Assembly: GCF_900105015.1 (NCBI RefSeq)
Contig: NZ_FNLK01000010.1
Coordinates: 90,001 to 122,000, forward strand
Origin: Schaalia meyeri
GTDB taxonomy: Bacteria; Actinomycetota; Actinomycetes; Actinomycetales; Actinomycetaceae
Length of the DNA: 32,000 nucleotides
Direction: 5' to 3'
A program made the position numbers and the translations under genes. Positions 1 through 8,018 of the stretch are shown piece after piece. Within the stretch, counting starts at the first letter, position 1, and every line of letters starts with the position of its first letter. The notes beneath the pieces are model-generated. The model saw nothing but the letters and a program-made list of their open reading frames with translations, searched no databases and was not told where the DNA came from.

Positions 1-2246
1 ATGGCCTCAAGGCCGAGCGCGGCGTCACGGGGGACACGGAACTGACCGCCGACGACCTGCGCGGCCTCGTTGACACCTTCAAGGGCATCGTCAAGGAACA
101 GACCGGGCAGGACTTCCCGCAGGACCCGCGCACCCAGATGGACATGGCCATCGAGGCCGTCTTCCGTTCCTGGAACACCGAGCGCGCCCGCATCTACCGC
201 CGCCGCGAGCGTATCCCCCACGACCTGGGTACCGCCGTCAACGTCTGCACCATGGTGTTCGGAAACATGGGCGAGAACTCCGGCACGGGCGTGTGCTTCA
301 CCCGCGACCCCTCTTCTGGCCACTCGGGCGTCTACGGTGATTACCTGGAGAACGCGCAGGGCGAGGACGTCGTCGCCGGCATCCGCAACACGCTGGCCCT
401 GGCTGACCTGAAGCGCATCAACAAGCCCGTGTACGACGAGCTGCGCTCCATCATGCGCAAGCTCGAGACGCACTACCGCGACATGTGCGACATCGAGTTC
501 ACGGTCGAGCGCGGCAAGCTGTGGATGCTGCAGACCCGCGTCGGCAAGCGCACGGCGGCAGCCGCGTTCCGTATCGCCACGCAGCTGGTTTCCGAAAAGC
601 TCATCACGCGCGACGAGTCCCTGGGTCGCGTGACCGGCGACCAGCTCACCCAGCTGATGTTCCCGCAGTTCGACGCGAAGGCCGACAAGGAACTGATCGC
701 GCGCGGCATGGCTGCCTCTCCGGGTGCGGCCGTCGGTAAGATTGCCTTCAATAACGAGCAGGCCATCCTCGCCGCCGAGAAGGGGCTCAAGACCGTCCTG
801 GTGCGGCGCGAAACCAACCCCGATGACCTGCCCGGCATGGTCGCCGCCGAGGGCGTGTTGACCGCGCGTGGCGGCAAGACCTCTCACGCCGCGGTCGTCG
901 CGCGCGGCATGGGTAAGACCTGCGTGTGTGGCGCCGAGGCGCTCGTGATCGATGCTGCGGCAGGCACCGTCACGATCGGCGACCTGGTTCTGACCGGCGA
1001 TGACACGATCGCGATCGACGGCCAGACCGGCGAGATCTTCCGCGGAGAGGTGCCCGTCACCGACTCACCCGTCACCACCTACCTGGCGGAGGGCCTCGAA
1101 GCGGGCCTGGCTGCCGCCGGCGAAGACGAGGGGACCCGCGAGCTGGTCAGGGCGGTCGACAAGATTCTGGCTCATGCCGACAAGGTCCGCCGCCTGCGCG
1201 TGCGCGCCAACGCGGACACCCCGCTGGACTCAAAGCGCGCCATCGAATTCGGCGCGGAGGGCATCGGATTGTGCCGCACCGAGCACATGTTCCTGGGCGA
1301 GCGGCGCCCGCTGGTCGAGCGAGCCATCCTCTCTGCCCCCGCCTCCCCCGAGCGTCAGGCCGCGTTCGACGAGCTGGAGAAGCTGCAAAAGCAGGACTTC
1401 CTGGAGATGCTTCAGGTCATGGATGGCAAGTCGATGACCGTGCGCCTCATCGACCCGCCGCTGCACGAGTTCATGCCGGCGCTCATCGAGTTGGAGACCA
1501 AGGTCGCCGTCGGCAAGGCCACCGGCACTTTAGATCCCGCGGACGAGAGCATGCTGGCAGAGGTGCGCCGCATGCACGAGCAGAACCCCATGCTGGGCCT
1601 GCGCGGCGTGCGCCTGGGCATCTACCTGCCCGGCCTGTTTGCCCTGCAGATGCGCGCCCTGTGTGAGGCCACCGCGGAGCTGGTCGCGCGAGGCCTGCAT
1701 CCCGAGCCGGAGATCATGGTGCCTCTGGTCGGCTCCGTGCGTGAGCTTCAGCTGGTGCGCGAGGAGGGCGAGGCCATCATCGCCGACGTGGCCCGGGCCC
1801 GCGGCGTGGATCTGTCGGGCGTGACGATCGGTGCGATGATCGAGCTGCCGCGCGCCGCGATGACCGCCGAGGATCTGGCTGAGGAAGCCGACTTCTTCAG
1901 CTTCGGCACGAACGACCTGACGCAGACCGTGTGGGGCTTCTCGCGCGACGACGTTGAGGGCGTTTTCTTCCCGCACTACATTGAGGCGGGAATCTTTGGC
2001 GTGTCCCCCTTCGAGTCCATCGATGTTCACGGCGTGGGCACCCTGGTCTCCGAGGGCGTGCGTCGCGCCCGCTCGACCAAGCCCGGCATCAAGCTCGGCG
2101 TGTGTGGCGAGCACGGGGGCGATCCGCTGTCGATCCACTTCTTCCACGGCGTGGGACTGGACTACGTGTCCTGCTCCCCGTTCCGCGTCCCGGTGGCTCG
2201 GCTGGAGGCCGGGCGCGCCGCGGTCGAGGACCACGTAGAGGAGTGA
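1..2246 (+). CDS. ppdK: pyruvate, phosphate dikinase, 5'-truncated by the window edge (codon phase begins at nt 3)
   Basis: The frame is open from nt 3 with no start codon. The translation carries PPDK hallmarks: GDYLENAQGEDVVAGIRNT, the phospho-histidine swivel motif TARGGKTSHAAVVARGMG, and C-terminal PEP/pyruvate-domain motifs GLCRTEHMF, FFSFGTNDLTQ, GVCGEHGGDP and SCSPFRVP. Stop TGA at 2244-2246. Confidence 0.95.
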   Translation, partial: GLKAERGVTGDTELTADDLRGLVDTFKGIVKEQTGQDFPQDPRTQMDMAIEAVFRSWNTERARIYRRRERIPHDLGTAVNVCTMVFGNMGENSGTGVCFTRDPSSGHSGVYGDYLENAQGEDVVAGIRNTLALADLKRINKPVYDELRSIMRKLETHYRDMCDIEFTVERGKLWMLQTRVGKRTAAAAFRIATQLVSEKLITRDESLGRVTGDQLTQLMFPQFDAKADKELIARGMAASPGAAVGKIAFNNEQAILAAEKGLKTVLVRRETNPDDLPGMVAAEGVLTARGGKTSHAAVVARGMGKTCVCGAEALVIDAAAGTVTIGDLVLTGDDTIAIDGQTGEIFRGEVPVTDSPVTTYLAEGLEAGLAAAGEDEGTRELVRAVDKILAHADKVRRLRVRANADTPLDSKRAIEFGAEGIGLCRTEHMFLGERRPLVERAILSAPASPERQAAFDELEKLQKQDFLEMLQVMDGKSMTVRLIDPPLHEFMPALIELETKVAVGKATGTLDPADESMLAEVRRMHEQNPMLGLRGVRLGIYLPGLFALQMRALCEATAELVARGLHPEPEIMVPLVGSVRELQLVREEGEAIIADVARARGVDLSGVTIGAMIELPRAAMTAEDLAEEADFFSFGTNDLTQTVWGFSRDDVEGVFFPHYIEAGIFGVSPFESIDVHGVGTLVSEGVRRARSTKPGIKLGVCGEHGGDPLSIHFFHGVGLDYVSCSPFRVPVARLEAGRAAVEDHVEE

Positions 2247-2288
2247 GGGGTTAAGGAGTGAGCCTGACGTCTCCGTGAGGTGACGAGG

Positions 2289-2330
2289 CGAGGCCGTGGC
2301 CGGGTTTCCCGGTCGCGGCCTCGTTTGTCT
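2289..2330 (+). terminator. intrinsic terminator of ppdK
   Basis: A 16-bp stem (2289-2304 pairs with 2308-2323, 14 Watson-Crick plus 2 G.U pairs) with loop TTT, followed directly by TTTGTCT. It lies 43 nt after the ppdK stop. Confidence 0.65.
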
Positions 2331-2491
2331 GGGGCGCGGTGACATGTTTCGTGGCCCCGCGGGTGCCCCAACGGCACGCGTTAACCCTCTTGGTTGCACG
2401 TTGGCGGGGCTGCTCGCCGCGCATCCCAGCGGGTTAGTGTGAGAGTCTTTGTTCCGGGCGCTGGCCGGTGTGGGGATTTGTGGCGTGGCTT

Positions 2492-2729
2492 GTGGGTGGG
2501 GGTGAAACTGTGGTCGCCCCTGCGTGGTGATTTGGTTTGGATTTTGGGGTTTTTGGCGGTGTGGGGGTGGTGTGGGTTTCATGCGGGCCTGGTTGGTTGT
2601 TGGTGTTCGTGGGTGGTGGCGGGGCCTGGCCGGGCTTCGAGATCGATCGCTCCGAGCCGTTAGGCTCGCGTGTGGCGATCGAGCGGGCGGGCTGCCGCCC
2701 ACGGACATATACACGGACACAAAAGGGCA
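2492..2729. repeat. direct repeat, copy 1 (left bracket of the iron module)
   Basis: 2492-2708 matches 12262-12478 (offset 9770) with 4 substitutions in 217 nt (2649 g/a, 2661 t/c, 2693 t/c, 2694 g/a). Copy 1 then has a 12-nt insertion (atatacacggac, a local duplication of cacggac) before the shared tail acaaaag[g/a]gca. Similarity is weak over the 24 nt to the left. Confidence 0.9.
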
Positions 2730-2826
2730 CGACAGTAAACTGGCGGGACGACTTCGGCAACAGGGGATAGGCCTTTGGTCCTTGCCACAAGTGGCTTGTG
2801 AGCATTATTGACGGTGACTATATGGT

Positions 2827-2848
2827 TACAATTTAGGCAATCCTAAAT
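2827..2848 (+). promoter_or_regulatory. putative -10 (TACAAT 2827-2832) overlapping an inverted repeat that resembles a DtxR/IdeR-type iron box
   Basis: An AT-rich island lies ~100 nt upstream of the FTR1 start. Perfect inverted repeat ATTTAGG-caat-CCTAAAT at 2831-2848. The 19-mer at 2828-2846 (acaatttaggcaatcctaa) matches the IdeR/DtxR consensus TTAGGTTAGGCTAACCTAA at 13/19 positions, mostly in the right half. TTGACG at 2808-2813 is only 13 nt from the -10, so the -35 is unclear. Confidence 0.35.
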
Positions 2849-2944
2849 GGGCTACTTTTCATCTGGGCGGCATGTGGCTACGCTGACTGCTGAGGAAATC
2901 CCATCAGCCCGGCGTCTCCCACGCGCCGGTTTTCCAGGAGGCTC

Positions 2945-4579
2945 GTGATAGCCGTGCTTCGCGTTTGCGCACAAAACGTTATCCAGCGGTTCGCCCGCGT
3001 TCTCATCATCGCCGTCATGGCGGCCCTCGCCCTGGCGATCATGGGCGCCCCCTCGCGCGCCCAGGGCCAGACCTGGCGCGACGTGGCCACCACCATCAAC
3101 GGCCTCATTGACGAGGGCGTCGAGGCCTTTAAGGCGGGTGATCCGAAGGGTGGTAAGAACAAGGTTAACGACGCGTATTACAAGAATTATGAGACGACTG
3201 GCATGGAGAAGCAGGTCCTGAGCCGCGTTTCCGGGGCCCGCGTCTCGCAGGTGGAGATGGAGTTCTCCCTGCTGAAAAAGGCCATGACCGATGGCGCCGC
3301 CGCGGATGTTGAGAGCCACGCGGCGACCCTCAAGCGGTACGTCGCGGAGGATGCCGCCACCCTGGACGGAGTATCCCCGGACCAGGGTGCGCAGGCATCG
3401 TCCGGCGACTACAGCCCGGGCGCGTGGGGGCAGGTCGCGCAGACCATTAACGGAATCCTTGCGGAGGGCGTCGAGGCCTTTAAGGCGGGTGATCCGAAGG
3501 GTGGTAAGAACAAGGTTAACGACGCGTATTACAAGAATTATGAGACGACTGGCATGGAGAAGCAGGTCCTGAGCCGCGTTTCCGGGGCCCGCGTCTCGCA
3601 GGTGGAGATGGAGTTCTCCCTGCTGAAAAAGGCCATGACCGACAACGACTCGAGCGCGGTCGACCAGCACTACGCGACCCTGTCGAACCTCATCCGTGAG
3701 GACGCTAACACCCTGGACGGGTACACCGGCAAGTCCGCTGAATCCTCAGCCTCCACCTCGTCCCCGTGGCTGGCGCAGTTCCTGCCCTCGCTCCTCGTCA
3801 TCCTGCGTGAGGGCATGGAAGCGATCCTGGTCGTCGCCGCGGTCCTCGCCTACCTGGGTAAGGCCGGACACAAGGACAAGGTCGGCGTCGTGTGGGGCGG
3901 TGTCGCACTGGCGCTGGCCCTCTCGATCGGCCTGGCGTTCCTGTTCAACTACGCGACCTCCCTGGCTGGCGCGAATCAGGAGCTCCTGGAGGGCGTCGCG
4001 GCCCTCTTCGCTGTCGCCATGCTGATCTGGGTGTCGAACTGGATGATCAACAAGTCCTCCAACCAGGCGTGGGACAAGTACATCAAGGAACAGACGGACG
4101 CATCCTTGACCAAAGGCTCCCTGCTGGGCCTGGCATTCATCTCATTCCTGGCGGTCCTGCGTGAGGGCGCCGAGACGATTCTCTTCTACGTGCCGATTGT
4201 TTCCGGCGCCGGCGGCAATGTCCACTACGTGTGGATCGGCCTGGGCGTGGGCGCCGTCATCCTGGTGGTCGTCTACCTGCTCATCCAGTTCGCCGCGCTG
4301 CGCATCCCGCTGCGTCCCTTCTTTACGATCACGTCGCTGCTGCTGGCCCTCATGGCCTTCACGTTCACGGGATCGGGCATCAAGGAGCTCCAGGAGGCGG
4401 ACGTTATCTCGCTGACGCCCGTTGGCGGCTTCCCCACTATTGACCTCTTGGGGATCTTCCCCCGAGTGGAGAACCTGGCCGCACAGGCCTTTGTTCTCAT
4501 CCTCATCGTCGGTCTCTATTTCTTCGGAAAAGCTCGCCTCGCTCGCGAGGCCGCCGCCCAGACGCGGGCCGAGGAGTGA
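2945..4579 (+). CDS. FTR1/EfeU-family iron permease fused to an N-terminal tandemly duplicated extracytoplasmic helical domain
   Basis: GTG 2945 (alternative GTG 2954) follows AGGAGG at 2936-2941. There is an N-terminal hydrophobic signal/anchor and two ~117-aa repeats. A polytopic C-terminal half carries both FTR1 RExxE motifs (LREGMEAILV and LREGAETILF). Confidence 0.9.
   Translation: MIAVLRVCAQNVIQRFARVLIIAVMAALALAIMGAPSRAQGQTWRDVATTINGLIDEGVEAFKAGDPKGGKNKVNDAYYKNYETTGMEKQVLSRVSGARVSQVEMEFSLLKKAMTDGAAADVESHAATLKRYVAEDAATLDGVSPDQGAQASSGDYSPGAWGQVAQTINGILAEGVEAFKAGDPKGGKNKVNDAYYKNYETTGMEKQVLSRVSGARVSQVEMEFSLLKKAMTDNDSSAVDQHYATLSNLIREDANTLDGYTGKSAESSASTSSPWLAQFLPSLLVILREGMEAILVVAAVLAYLGKAGHKDKVGVVWGGVALALALSIGLAFLFNYATSLAGANQELLEGVAALFAVAMLIWVSNWMINKSSNQAWDKYIKEQTDASLTKGSLLGLAFISFLAVLREGAETILFYVPIVSGAGGNVHYVWIGLGVGAVILVVVYLLIQFAALRIPLRPFFTITSLLLALMAFTFTGSGIKELQEADVISLTPVGGFPTIDLLGIFPRVENLAAQAFVLILIVGLYFFGKARLAREAAAQTRAEE
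3113..3291 (+). repeat. intragenic repeat unit A (179 bp, identical to 3464-3642)
   Basis: Base-by-base comparison shows 179/179 identity at an offset of 351 bp (117 codons). The flanks on both sides are clearly diverged. Confidence 0.95.
3464..3642 (+). repeat. intragenic repeat unit B (179 bp, identical to 3113-3291)
   Basis: See unit A. It encodes EGVEAFKAGDPKGGKNKVNDAYYKNYETTGMEKQVLSRVSGARVSQVEMEFSLLKKAMTD in both copies. Confidence 0.95.
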
Positions 4580-4635
4580 CATCAGTCGAGCGACACCGAC
4601 CCATCACCCAACCAACACGCTAAGGAGTTCATCGC

Positions 4636-5274
4636 ATGAAGCGCTCACTCTTCCGTGTCAGCGCGGCCCTGGCCACGCTGGCCCTCGCAGGCACCCTCGC
4701 GGCCTGCTCGAACAACTCGTCTGGTTCCACCGACACGAAGCCCTCCACCGATTCCTCGGCCAGCTCCGACTCGGGTGCGGCCGCCCCCGGTGAGGACGCG
4801 GGCTTCGAAGAGCAGCCCCTGGGCGACGACGTGCACGTCGGCCCGCTCGTCGTGGGCGGCGTCTACTTCCAGCCCGTCGACATGGAGCCCGCGATGGGTG
4901 TTTCAGCGGCGGAAGCGTCAATGCACATGGAAGCAGACATTCACGCTGCGGCTGATAACAAGCTCGGCTACGGCGCGGGTGACTTCGTGCCCGCCCTGAC
5001 CGTCAATTACACCATTAAGGACAAGTCCGGTAGCACGGTCCAGACGGGCACTTTCATGCCGATGAATGCCTCCGACGGCCCGCACTACGGCCTGAACATC
5101 CCCAAGCTGGAAGCCGGAACCTACGACGTGACCTTCTCGATCGAGTCACCGGAAAAGAACGGCTGGTTGCTCCACACCGATAAGGCTACCGGCGTTGAGG
5201 GCCGTTTCTGGACCGAACCGCTGGTCGCCGAGTTCAAGGATTGGCAGTGGGATCCCACGGCTGTTTCTTGGTGA
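4636..5274 (+). CDS. P19/Tp34-type periplasmic Fe2+/Cu-binding iron-transport lipoprotein
   Basis: AAGGAG at 4622-4627 lies 8 nt before ATG 4636. The signal peptide has lipobox TLAAC. Family-typical motifs are present: YFQPVDMEP, HMEADIHA, GDFVP, FMPMNASDGPHYG and RFWTEP. Confidence 0.9.
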   Translation: MKRSLFRVSAALATLALAGTLAACSNNSSGSTDTKPSTDSSASSDSGAAAPGEDAGFEEQPLGDDVHVGPLVVGGVYFQPVDMEPAMGVSAAEASMHMEADIHAAADNKLGYGAGDFVPALTVNYTIKDKSGSTVQTGTFMPMNASDGPHYGLNIPKLEAGTYDVTFSIESPEKNGWLLHTDKATGVEGRFWTEPLVAEFKDWQWDPTAVSW

Positions 5275-5360
5275 AGCTCAGCTGACGCGGGGACGAGGCA
5301 GCGGCTCCCATCGTGGGCCATGACCTCGCCCCGCGCCCCGCCAGGGGACTACACGTGACA

Positions 5361-5392
5361 CCGGAGTCGCACGACTTCGGTCCGCCTTTTTT
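5361..5392 (+). terminator. possible intra-operon attenuator between p19 and the downstream genes
   Basis: Hairpin ccggagtc/gacttcgg (8 bp including one G.U, loop gcac) at 5361-5380. A T6 run at 5387-5392 follows after a 6-nt spacer. The spacer makes it a weak or leaky terminator at best. Confidence 0.3.
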
Positions 5393-5407
5393 AGGAGAGG
5401 AAAACCA

Positions 5408-6730
5408 GTGCTTCAGCAGATGAGTGAAGCGACGTTGATCTTGCTGCTGACCATGCTCGCCGTTGGTGCGACCATCCGCTTCATGCCGACCGCGGGCCAC
5501 GGACGTCGCGGCAAAAAGGTGCGCTCGCGGGCCGTGTGGCTGGGCATCGGTCTGGGCATGGTCGCCTCCGCCGCGTTGACGATCATCAACGTGGAGGCCC
5601 CCAAGTCGGTCAACCGTCAGACCGTCGGCCTGTACACTCTGCCCATCGCCCTCGCCCTGGCCCTCGTTTTCCTGGCGCTCGTCGCTGTGCGATCGCGCCG
5701 CGTACGCCCGCACCTGCCCGGGGGGGATGCGGACGAGGAGGCACAGGCGGCCTCGGCGATTGAGACGGCGCTGCCCGGCGATGCCCTGGTGCGCCTCGTC
5801 GGTGCCCTGTACATTGCGTTCGCGCTGTTCCGATCCGTTCCGGTGGCGATGAGCCAGGCGGTCATGATGCTCTCCGGTGGGGTTGGAATCTATTCCACCC
5901 AGGCGGTGCTCGCCATCGTCGGCTACGCGCTGGCGTGGGGGCTCGTGTGCTTCCTGGCGTGGGTGTCCTACCGCCTGTGCGCGTGGAATAACCGGGTGTG
6001 GCCCGCGATGTTTATCCTGTGCGCGCTGGCCCTTGAGCACTCGTTGATGTTCGTGCGCATCCTCAAGGCCAAGCGGTGGATTTCTGTTCCCAAGGGCGCG
6101 TGGAACGTGATCGCGTGGTTCATCAACCACGAGGCCGTCTTTACGATCGTGGCCGCCCTGGCGCTCGGCGTGGTCGTGGCCCTCACCTGGTACGCCTCCC
6201 GATCGATCCCGACCGTGGGCGCGAACCCCGCCGAGGGGCGGCTGGGGCGCGCCCGCTCCCGCCTCTACAAGTCCATGGCCGGCACCGCTGCCATCGGCTA
6301 CCTGTGCGGCGCGCTGCTGATCACCGTGGGCGTCGCGATAGGCAGCCAGGAGGTCGAGCTTTCGGCTCCCGAGGCTCACAGCGTCGTCGACGATCAGGTG
6401 AGCGTCAACCTGGCCGACATCTCCGACGGGCACCTGCACCGTTTCGAGTACACGACGTCGGGCGGCGTGAAGGTGCGCTTCATCGTCATCCAAAAATCCG
6501 GGTCCTCCTTCGGCGTGGGGCTGGACGCCTGCGAGATCTGCGGGCCGTCCGGCTATTACGAGAAGGATGGCAAGGTCATCTGCAAGCTGTGCGAGGTGGC
6601 GATGAACATCGCGACCATCGGCTTTAAGGGCGGCTGCAACCCGATTCCCATCGAATACAAGGTCTCTAACGGGACCCTGACAGTTCCCATCTCGGCCCTC
6701 GAGGCCGCGGCCCCCATCTTCGCAAAGTAG
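5408..6730 (+). CDS. polytopic membrane protein with a C-terminal DUF2318-type Cys-rich domain (Cj1660-like)
   Basis: GTG 5408 lies 7 nt after AGGAGAGG (5393-5400). There are about 7 hydrophobic helices. The C-terminal domain reads HLHRFEY...ACEICGPSGYYEKDGKVICKLCEVAMNIATIGFKGGCNPIP (CxxC...CxxC...GGCNP). It sits directly after ftr1-p19, as in Campylobacter. Confidence 0.8.
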   Translation: MLQQMSEATLILLLTMLAVGATIRFMPTAGHGRRGKKVRSRAVWLGIGLGMVASAALTIINVEAPKSVNRQTVGLYTLPIALALALVFLALVAVRSRRVRPHLPGGDADEEAQAASAIETALPGDALVRLVGALYIAFALFRSVPVAMSQAVMMLSGGVGIYSTQAVLAIVGYALAWGLVCFLAWVSYRLCAWNNRVWPAMFILCALALEHSLMFVRILKAKRWISVPKGAWNVIAWFINHEAVFTIVAALALGVVVALTWYASRSIPTVGANPAEGRLGRARSRLYKSMAGTAAIGYLCGALLITVGVAIGSQEVELSAPEAHSVVDDQVSVNLADISDGHLHRFEYTTSGGVKVRFIVIQKSGSSFGVGLDACEICGPSGYYEKDGKVICKLCEVAMNIATIGFKGGCNPIPIEYKVSNGTLTVPISALEAAAPIFAK

Positions 6731-6740
6731 AGGCGCGCGC

Positions 6741-8018
6741 TTGTTTATCCGAATGCTCCGAGGGACCCTGACCAGGCGCGGTAACCGCCACCTCATGATC
6801 GCCCTGACCATCGCGTTGGGGGCGTGCGTGGCCACCTCCATGCTCTCCGTCATGTTCAACGTCGGCGACAAGGTTAACCAGGAGCTTAAGTCCTACGGCG
6901 CCAACATTGTCGTGCGCCCGCAGGGGGCTGCCGTCCTGAATGACCTGTACTCCACGGGCGAGTCCAGCGAATCGCGGACCTATCTGCGCGAGAGCGAGCT
7001 GGGCAGCATTAAGACGATCTTTTGGACCTACAACATCCTCGACTTCGCGCCCTTGCTGAGCGTGTCCGCCACCGACGCCTCGGGCGCGCGCGTCCCCACG
7101 ACCGGCACCTGGTTTGGCCACCACCTTGAGCTCGCGACCGGCGAGAGCGTGGACACCGGCCTGGACAAGCTGCGCGGCTGGTGGGGCATCGACGGGGCGT
7201 GGCCGACCGACGACGACGCCACGGGGGCGATAATCGGAGCGACCTACGCGGCCGACAAAGGTCTGTCCGTCGGCGGCTCCTTCACGCTCACGCGCGGGCA
7301 GGCGAGCCGAGAGTTCACCGTCCGCGGCGTCGTCACCACCGGGGATGACGCGGATCGCGGCGTCTACATTCAGTTGGCCGCCGCCCAGGAGCTGATTGGT
7401 CGCGAAGGCGCCGTCGGCAGCGTCGAGGTCTCAGCCCTGACCACACCCGACAACGACCTGGCGCGCAAGGCCGCGAAGAACCCGAATTCGCTGAGCGTGT
7501 CCGAAAAGGAAACCTGGTACTGCACGGCCTACGTCTCTTCGATCGCCTACCAGATCGAGGAAGTCATGACGGACTCGGTTGCCCGCCCCGTCCGGCAGGT
7601 CGCCCAGTCCGAGGGCACCATCCTGGAGAAGACGCAGCTGCTCATGGTCCTCGTGACCGTCCTGGCGCTCATCGCCTCCGCCCTGGCCATCGCGAACCTG
7701 GTGACCGCGGGCGTCATGGAACGCTCCAGCGAAATCGGCCTGATGAAGGCCGTGGGCGCCAAGGATAAACAGATCATCGCGCTGTTCTTGACCGAGACGA
7801 TCGTCGTTGGCCTGGTCGGTGGCGTCATCGGTTACTGCGCCGGCCTTGGGCTGGCGCAGGCGATCGGGTACATGGTGTTCCACTCCTCCATCGCTTTTGC
7901 GCCCGTCGTCGTCGGACTCGTTGCCGTCCTCGTCATCATCGTGGTCCTGGGCGCTTCCATCCCGGCGATCCGATACCTGCTGCGCCTCAACGCGGCGGAA
8001 GTCCTCCACGGAAGGTGA
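6741..8018 (+). CDS. ABC transporter permease, FtsX/MacB type (large extracytoplasmic loop)
   Basis: TM1, then a ~240-aa loop, then a C-terminal FtsX 3-TM bundle with MERSSEIGLMKAVGAKDKQII. The start is TTG 6741 (alternative ATG 6753). Its stop overlaps the next start (GTGA at 8015-8018). Confidence 0.85.
   Translation: MFIRMLRGTLTRRGNRHLMIALTIALGACVATSMLSVMFNVGDKVNQELKSYGANIVVRPQGAAVLNDLYSTGESSESRTYLRESELGSIKTIFWTYNILDFAPLLSVSATDASGARVPTTGTWFGHHLELATGESVDTGLDKLRGWWGIDGAWPTDDDATGAIIGATYAADKGLSVGGSFTLTRGQASREFTVRGVVTTGDDADRGVYIQLAAAQELIGREGAVGSVEVSALTTPDNDLARKAAKNPNSLSVSEKETWYCTAYVSSIAYQIEEVMTDSVARPVRQVAQSEGTILEKTQLLMVLVTVLALIASALAIANLVTAGVMERSSEIGLMKAVGAKDKQIIALFLTETIVVGLVGGVIGYCAGLGLAQAIGYMVFHSSIAFAPVVVGLVAVLVIIVVLGASIPAIRYLLRLNAAEVLHGR

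Noticed and set aside
2492-2625. Possible G-quadruplex-forming G-runs (GGG-T-GGGGG, GGGG, GGGGG, GGG) in the G/T-rich repeat arm.
   Set aside because: The G-runs are irregularly spaced with long loops, and G4 potential cannot be judged from sequence alone. The feature is subsumed under the repeat-architecture finding.
2394-2663. Plus-strand Trp/Gly/Val-rich ORFs inside both repeat copies (also 2524-2811, 2537-2770, 12245-12601, 12294-12665 and 12307-12594).
   Set aside because: All three plus-strand frames are open simply because the tract almost lacks A, so no stop codons can form. The hydrophobic W/G/V/C strings are a compositional artefact. No RBS is present.
1530-2720. 396-aa minus-strand ORF starting in repeat copy 1 and running antisense through the ppdK terminator and the ppdK 3' end.
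   Set aside because: It is not credible as a gene: it is antisense to ppdK, crosses a terminator hairpin and has low-complexity translation. It is kept only as a possible antisense transcription unit in the finding on the orphan repeat copy.
5234-6871. 545-aa minus-strand ORF. Similar long ORFs occur at 7832-9304(-), 9765-11051(-), 12943-14724(-), 16400-17548(-), 20064-21989(-), 22800-24539(-) and 24773-25609(-).
   Set aside because: All lie antisense to genes with unambiguous family motifs. Their translations are Arg/Gly/Pro/His-rich low-complexity strings typical of shadow ORFs in high-GC DNA, and they have no recognisable motifs or RBS.
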